NCBI GenBank assembly: GCA_963664875.1
Contig: OY761611.1
Span: 2,176,001-2,240,000, forward strand
Source of the DNA: Candidatus Kapaibacterium sp.
GTDB taxonomy: Bacteria > Bacteroidota > Ignavibacteria > Kapaibacteriales > UBA2268
Length of the DNA stretch: 64,000 bases
Direction: 5' to 3'
The notes under the pieces are model-generated. The model was given only the letters and a program-made list of their open reading frames with translations. It was not told where the DNA came from and did not search any database. The translations under genes were made by a program, and so were the position numbers. Shown here in pieces: positions 58,367 through 64,000 of this stretch. Each line of letters opens with the position of its first letter. Positions within the stretch are counted from its first letter, which is position 1.

Positions 58367-60301
58367 CTATTTTGCTAAAGGAATCACATCTACTATAACA
58401 TTTCGGTTATAAAATCTGCCCTCAGGCAAATCATTATTAAATGTTGCAGGAGTCATTGCTTCGCCGTAACCAATAGCTTCTGTATATATATTTTTTGATG
58501 ACTTTTTAAATTCATCGTCAAAAATATCCTTTACTTCATTAGCTCTTTTTAGAGATAAAGTTTTATTCCCTGAAGTTGAGCCAATCAAATCTGTATGCCC
58601 GTGAATCATAACTTTATTGCCTTCGGCTATTCTACCAGCCATATCGTTGCGAATAGTCTGTTCATTGGCAATTACAGCATCAGATTGAGCATAATTAAAT
58701 ATTACAGAGAATCTATTGCCGATTGATTCAGAGTCAACAATTTTTTTGAGGAAAAATTCGCCGGATTCGACTACATCCCCGCTTGAAGTGTTCATGGTGA
58801 TGTTAGCAGTGAAATCACCTTCTTCTTTGCCTTTAAGCATATCAATAGGATTGATACGTTCGTTATTAGTTTCAAAAGGTCCGTATGTAAAAGATTTTCC
58901 ATTATCATCAGTAACTACGACATTCCAAGAATTAAAAGTTTGCGACGGATCAATGGAGACAATAATATCATTATCAACAGAAGCCTCGTCTATAGTACGA
59001 ATCCAAATAGGTGCATACATTTCGATTTTGTCAAACATAAAAGAGACCCGTCTGTTTTCCTGACGGATTCTTGTTTTTTCAGCTGCAGGAGTAGCAGATG
59101 TTCCTGAAGGAATATCCGGCATTTCCTGACCGATGACTTCAATTCTGTTTGCGTCGATTCCGCCAATATTTACCATATAATCTTTGATTTTGTTGGCAAG
59201 CATTTCACCGTCTTTGCTTACAGGAGCAGAACCAACAAGTTTAACTGTAGCGTCGTCATATTCTCTCATTCTGGCGATATAAATATTCAAAAGATTGTAG
59301 TACACGTACATTTGCTGTTCTGTTCTGCTCATTGTTTTTAAGTTCTGGTTTTCAGTCAAATCTTTAAGATCTTCTTCTTTGAAGGTGCCGGCTTGCTCTT
59401 TAGTAAGCAACATATAACGCTGCGGTATCTCTTGATTATCAATATCAAAAAACACATGGCTTGCAAGCGGGAAAGCTTCATCAACTTTTCTTATATAAAC
59501 ATTGCCGTTTTGCGGAGTGTTAAGTCTTGCTTTGTTGTAGTTATTGCGATACTCTTTTTCTGCAAGCGGAGTGTGAATGTAAGCCATTAGCCCCAAGCGG
59601 ATAGTGGAAGTTGACCAGACATCATCAAACGAGTTCTGAAAATCTGTGAAGTCGCTGCCTTTCTGGTTGGCAAGCAAAGCATACTCTACAAACGGAGAAA
59701 GCATAAAACTACTTGATTTGCCAACTTTACTTACTTCGAAATCATAAGATGCACCAAGATTAAAGCCATAAGCCATAGAACTGATATTTTCTATATCAAC
59801 ATCTTCCTCTGTAGGGTTTGAAGCTCCTGAAGGTGTGAAAGAATATTTGCCGCTCATTTTAAATCCGAGCACCGGGCCAAAATAGGGCTCAAATCCACCA
59901 AGAGCATCTGTGCTTAATTTGAGCATTGGCTCAAAAGTGAAGTAAGAAGCCTTGAGATCGAATTCAGGATTAGGAGTATATGTTTCGTCTTTCACTGATG
60001 CGTTTCGCGAATCAAACGCGAGTCTTAGCTGTAGATTCCACCAGTCACCTGAGCGGTACTCAGCGAATGCTCCTAAGTAAGGAGCCAAAGAAGTGCCGTC
60101 ATTAGTAACCTTATCAATAAAATCGCCACCCTGCGAACTTAGGTTCTGGTAGCCTAAGCCTGCCATATTGATGTTGATTCCGGGAACAATACCGTAGCGT
60201 ATTGCTTCATTTGATGATGCCTTGCCGGCTGTAATGACTTTCTGAGAAAAAGCATTGACAGAGAGCAAAGCGAATGCTAATACCAAGAATATTTTATACA
60301 T
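58367..60301 (-). CDS. Outer-membrane barrel + two OmpA-like domains
   Basis: Signal peptide from MYKIF (60301), N-terminal barrel strands, ENRRVS, HGHTD, LSLKRA and PEGRFYNR; C-part paralogous to 46092-48722. Confidence 0.85.
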   Translation of the reverse strand: MYKIFLVLAFALLSVNAFSQKVITAGKASSNEAIRYGIVPGININMAGLGYQNLSSQGGDFIDKVTNDGTSLAPYLGAFAEYRSGDWWNLQLRLAFDSRNASVKDETYTPNPEFDLKASYFTFEPMLKLSTDALGGFEPYFGPVLGFKMSGKYSFTPSGASNPTEEDVDIENISSMAYGFNLGASYDFEVSKVGKSSSFMLSPFVEYALLANQKGSDFTDFQNSFDDVWSTSTIRLGLMAYIHTPLAEKEYRNNYNKARLNTPQNGNVYIRKVDEAFPLASHVFFDIDNQEIPQRYMLLTKEQAGTFKEEDLKDLTENQNLKTMSRTEQQMYVYYNLLNIYIARMREYDDATVKLVGSAPVSKDGEMLANKIKDYMVNIGGIDANRIEVIGQEMPDIPSGTSATPAAEKTRIRQENRRVSFMFDKIEMYAPIWIRTIDEASVDNDIIVSIDPSQTFNSWNVVVTDDNGKSFTYGPFETNNERINPIDMLKGKEEGDFTANITMNTSSGDVVESGEFFLKKIVDSESIGNRFSVIFNYAQSDAVIANEQTIRNDMAGRIAEGNKVMIHGHTDLIGSTSGNKTLSLKRANEVKDIFDDEFKKSSKNIYTEAIGYGEAMTPATFNNDLPEGRFYNRNVIVDVIPLAK

Positions 60302-60377
60302 TTTGTTATCCCATAGTAGTTTAAAAAAATATACCACAAGACGGTGAATATTGTTATATATTTCTCGGTATTATTAC

Positions 60378-61457
60378 TTAATTGACTATTTCACTTGGAT
60401 TTAGTCCGGTCTTAACATTTGCAACCGGTTTAGAAAAATTCTTATATTTGAAAATGAAAACTTCCCCGCTATTCTGATAGTCCTTAGCATTAGACACCGC
60501 TACAGCATCTAAAGCAGGCAATATTCCTAAACCGTAAAGATTGGCTCGGCTGTCTCCGATGTCCCATAATTTGATTAGTGTCCTGTCAGCAGAAACAAGG
60601 TCAATAACATACAAAGCAGACTTATCAATAACAAACAAACTATCTTGAGTTGAGCTAAGTTCCATCTCTACAGGATGAACATCCCATTCCGCAGTTATTA
60701 CTTTGCTATCAGGGGAGTATTCTATAATCTTCGGCATTGCAGGGTCTGCAGACGGATAATCTGTAGATCCGAAGTAAAGTTTATTGTGTTTATTACTTGC
60801 CAAAGCTCTCATAGGATTGTGAGGCACTGCAAAATTATCAACTTCCGCAAAGTTATTGATATCATAAACAGAAACAGTCCCGGCTTTTTCTTTATCCTTC
60901 AAAAAATCTCCGTAACCGGAATTTACTACGTAAACAAATCCATTTAAATAAGCTACTTCCTCAGGAGCAGGACCTGTTGGGATGCCGTATTGGAGGATCT
61001 CCATAGTGCTTGGATTAAATGCATGCATTGTATGTGCAAAAATATCAGTTACAAAAGCCAAATCTTTGTTTACATATACCATTTCTTTTAGACCTTTAGC
61101 CGGCGAGTCAAATACTAATCTTCCAATAGCTTTGCCTGAATGTATATCGATTTTTAAAATATATTTTGAAGTGGTCATAGCTATCCACAGCGTATCTTCA
61201 ATGTTAATCATAGAATTTGCCAAATCTCCGAGCTCGAATTCAGGATTGTGATTTTTAAACCAGTATTGCTCGGCTTCGAAGGTCTCAGGATTAATAGCTG
61301 TAAGCGAAGAATTTGCTTGCCCCCACAAACCTTCGTTCATTACAAAAATCGGATTGACATTTTTGTCGATAGGTGGGTTCGTGATAGAATCAGGTTCGTC
61401 TGTACACGAAGCAAATAGCAATACAAAGCCAAATAATATATATCTGAGAGATTTCAT
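60378..61457 (-). CDS. YncE-like beta-propeller lipoprotein, BtuG-like
   Basis: Lipobox FASC, VMNEGLWG, LGDLANSM, VVNSGYG and AKDYQNSG motifs; downstream of a TonB-dependent receptor. Confidence 0.75.
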   Translation of the reverse strand: MKSLRYILFGFVLLFASCTDEPDSITNPPIDKNVNPIFVMNEGLWGQANSSLTAINPETFEAEQYWFKNHNPEFELGDLANSMINIEDTLWIAMTTSKYILKIDIHSGKAIGRLVFDSPAKGLKEMVYVNKDLAFVTDIFAHTMHAFNPSTMEILQYGIPTGPAPEEVAYLNGFVYVVNSGYGDFLKDKEKAGTVSVYDINNFAEVDNFAVPHNPMRALASNKHNKLYFGSTDYPSADPAMPKIIEYSPDSKVITAEWDVHPVEMELSSTQDSLFVIDKSALYVIDLVSADRTLIKLWDIGDSRANLYGLGILPALDAVAVSNAKDYQNSGEVFIFKYKNFSKPVANVKTGLNPSEIVN

Positions 61458-61544
61458 TTTATTTATTCCGGTTTTTATGGCAAAGTCGCAAAAATATTAT
61501 CCGTTTACATCTATTCCAAGGTAATCTCAGAGTTAATTACCTAA

Positions 61545-62408
61545 CTATCTAATCATCAGCTTTTTGGCATATACCTTGCCTTCTGTAAATACCTGAAGGA
61601 AATAGATACCTGCCGGCAATGAGTTGGTTGCAATTATAGGATTGCTGCCCTCTATGACAGTCTCTCCGGCTAAGTTGTAAAGTTTATATTCGATTTTCAG
61701 AGATGATTCTATCGCAATATAGTCAGAGTAATATCTTAGATTTATATTGTCAGGTAATTCATTGATACTATTGGTTTGGTGTCTCACATAGTGAGCAAGC
61801 ACAGCATCTAAATCAAAGCCCGATAGCATTACTAAAGGACTATAATAGAATGAGGTAGGATCTAAGGAAGCATAGTGAGCTACGTCTTTGATTTTTATAT
61901 ACGATATTTTTTCCAAACCTAAATCTGCGAGATCGTAACTGTCGCCACCTAATCCGGCATCAGGTGTAGTATCGCCGGGTGCATAAGTCGGAGTCTTACC
62001 CGCGAGGCCATCTAAAGTCAAAGAATCATACGGAAATTCTACGAAATTTACACCGTCTTCGCTGACAGAAATTATTGCAGGTTCTGCAAATATTCTATCC
62101 GCAGCTTCGATATAAAATGCGTTTTCAAAGATAGTAAAATCATTGCCATCGCCGTCAACAATGTAAAAATCTTTGATACCTACTACTATTTCACCTCCAA
62201 GCCCTAAGGAGACTACTTCTGTTTCAGCAGATGCAGGCACAGTGCGGCTTGCCTTGCTGCTGGGGAAACCGAATATGTTTGCAGGGAATACCTCTTCTCC
62301 TCTTCCGTAATCCTGACCTTCGCCCGGGGTAAATGAGTAAACGGTGTCAATCGGCATCTCTGCATGAACAGAAGCGCAAAAAGTAAGTAGGACAAATAAA
62401 AACTTCAT
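61545..62408 (-). CDS. Cell-surface protein (BtuJ-like, inferred) with short T9SS CTD
   Basis: VSLGLGGEIVV, IVDGDGNDFTIFENAF, EPAIISVSEDG, GGDSYDL and GFDLDAV motifs; LPAGIYFL...KKLMIR CTD. Confidence 0.65.
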   Translation of the reverse strand: MKFLFVLLTFCASVHAEMPIDTVYSFTPGEGQDYGRGEEVFPANIFGFPSSKASRTVPASAETEVVSLGLGGEIVVGIKDFYIVDGDGNDFTIFENAFYIEAADRIFAEPAIISVSEDGVNFVEFPYDSLTLDGLAGKTPTYAPGDTTPDAGLGGDSYDLADLGLEKISYIKIKDVAHYASLDPTSFYYSPLVMLSGFDLDAVLAHYVRHQTNSINELPDNINLRYYSDYIAIESSLKIEYKLYNLAGETVIEGSNPIIATNSLPAGIYFLQVFTEGKVYAKKLMIR

Positions 62409-62412
62409 TATA

Positions 62413-63999
62413 TTATCTCCAATCATACGATATTTTTAGATTCCAATATCTGCCCGGCATTGGGTAGTTTTTTATTATCTGATATTCTTTGTTGTCAAAT
62501 AGATTTTTGAGATCAAACCTTAGAGAAATAGTGTTTTTACCTATCTCATAAGTGTATTTTAGCCCAACATTAGCCAGAAAGTAGCGTCCGAGCATATTGT
62601 CTGTAGTGTTCTCAGCGGTAGTAAATCTATGTGAAATATATTCGCCTTCAAGCGCTAGCAAGGTGTTGTATTTTTCAAAAGCCAGAAGCATATTCAACAT
62701 TTCCTCCGGAGAGTAAACAAGCTGCTTGTTGAAGTTATAGCTGACACCGTCTTGAGTTTTGTCTATCGCAGATTGTAGAGTATAGGCGATGTCAAATTTT
62801 ACCCATTCAAAAGGTGTATATGTGGTATTAAACTCTACACCTTTTGTTTCAACTCGACCAAGGTTTTGAGCAGACCAGGTTATAGGCGATTTGGGCACTG
62901 CTACAATTTGGTCTTTAGTATTTATAAAAAACAAATTACTTTCTATGCTTATGTTTTCAAGTGGAGTAAAGGCAAAACCAAGATTATAAGAATGCGATCT
63001 CTCCGGTTTTAAATCCATGTTCCCAAAATTCATATAATACATTTCGTTGAAGCTTGGAGGACGGAAATTGTATGAATACGAAAACTTAGTTTCAAGTGAA
63101 ATTGCTTCAAAATCATAACTTACACCAAGCATAGGCGAAATAGCAGACATATCTTCAATATAGTCATATCGCAAGGCAACATTGTAATTTAATTCTTGCG
63201 ATTCAGATAGATTTGAACTGCCATAATAAGCCGCACTCATGGCTAAATTGCCTCTTTCGGCTTTTGTTCCAGCCGCTTCCTGTAGCATTTCTCCACGTAA
63301 CTCGTTATACTCCATAGATGTTTCAAAATCCATGACCCCAAATTCACTCATTGAGCTTAGTTTTGCTTTTATTATAGCATTCCTGTCAAAGTAGGTATTA
63401 TCTACTTTATCAGAATTTAGTCCAATTTGAGTACTATCTTGGTAGTTCAATTCTCCAAATTTTGTATAAGCCTTTATAGAGTATATCAAATTATCATTTA
63501 TAATTTTATCAAAATTGAAAAAAGAGTATAAATCTTTTGAATTTAGAGCTGCAGGGGAATATAATTTATTGAGATATGCCGCCCCGGGCACACCTCTGTC
63601 AGAATAAGAGACAACATTCCGAAGGCTAATAGAGTAAGTTTCAAAGCATTTTCCAATTACAATGTTGCCCCGGAGTGATTCGGACTGTGCATTTTCTCTT
63701 TTATATTCCTTTCTGATAGGTTCTTGCCGGTTGTCGAAGCCAAGGACCTCAAAGGGGAAATCTCCATCGCTTTTAGCATATTCGGCATTTACTATCCAAA
63801 AGTATCCACCATCGGAATCGGAGTACTTCGCAGCATATCTCTGAGTGCTAAAAGCACCATGCGTGGCACTCAGAGATAGATTTCTGCGAGGGTTGTTGTC
63901 TGTTAGGACATTTATAGCCCCACCTATGGCGTTGCCGCCAAATAGAGCAGAGGCACCTCCGCGAATGACTTCTATCCGATTTGCTATGTCAGTGGATAA
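62413..63999 (-). CDS. TonB-dependent receptor (BtuB-like), 5' end beyond window
   Basis: Frame stays open from 63999 to 62413; plug signature IEVIRGGASALFGGNAIGGAINV; RPPSFNEMY, LKPERS and NLFD...YPMPGR barrel motifs. Confidence 0.9.
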   Translation of the reverse strand, partial: LSTDIANRIEVIRGGASALFGGNAIGGAINVLTDNNPRRNLSLSATHGAFSTQRYAAKYSDSDGGYFWIVNAEYAKSDGDFPFEVLGFDNRQEPIRKEYKRENAQSESLRGNIVIGKCFETYSISLRNVVSYSDRGVPGAAYLNKLYSPAALNSKDLYSFFNFDKIINDNLIYSIKAYTKFGELNYQDSTQIGLNSDKVDNTYFDRNAIIKAKLSSMSEFGVMDFETSMEYNELRGEMLQEAAGTKAERGNLAMSAAYYGSSNLSESQELNYNVALRYDYIEDMSAISPMLGVSYDFEAISLETKFSYSYNFRPPSFNEMYYMNFGNMDLKPERSHSYNLGFAFTPLENISIESNLFFINTKDQIVAVPKSPITWSAQNLGRVETKGVEFNTTYTPFEWVKFDIAYTLQSAIDKTQDGVSYNFNKQLVYSPEEMLNMLLAFEKYNTLLALEGEYISHRFTTAENTTDNMLGRYFLANVGLKYTYEIGKNTISLRFDLKNLFDNKEYQIIKNYPMPGRYWNLKISYDWR

Positions 64000-64000
64000 G

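Overview
AT-rich bacterial chromosome segment, most consistent with a basal FCB-group lineage (Kapabacteria/Ignavibacteria-like; inference from many T9SS type-A C-terminal domains, Bacteroidota-type TTTG-N19-20-TAnnTTTG promoters and frequent GGAG Shine-Dalgarno sites). It opens with the trailer end of a CRISPR array (30-bp repeat, no cas genes in the window). Housekeeping genes include prs, rplY, plsC, fmt, degP, murF, trkAH and rsmB, and there are seven tRNA genes (Gln, Phe and five identical tandem Thr-UGU). Signalling genes are a CheB/CheR-PAS plus hybrid kinase pair and two giant head-to-head poly-HAMP chemoreceptors; the 3' part of a BtuB/BtuJ/BtuG-like cobalamin uptake locus lies at the right edge. 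The best candidates for undescribed biology are: (i) a gene cluster (31.9-39.0 kb) encoding a single-TM protein with a GldM/PorM-like N-terminus and an intramembrane Glu, two paralogous outer-membrane barrels and a vWA-OmpA protein, possibly a trans-envelope machine; (ii) five translationally coupled T9SS-secreted beta-propeller paralogues that are visibly mosaics of one another (23.4-30.0 kb); (iii) a 120-nt G-U-rich rod-like RNA structure ahead of a PorE-like double-OmpA gene; (iv) a Cys/Gly-rich mini-protein divergent from an ArsR regulator. All assignments come from motif reading by eye; no database search was run.
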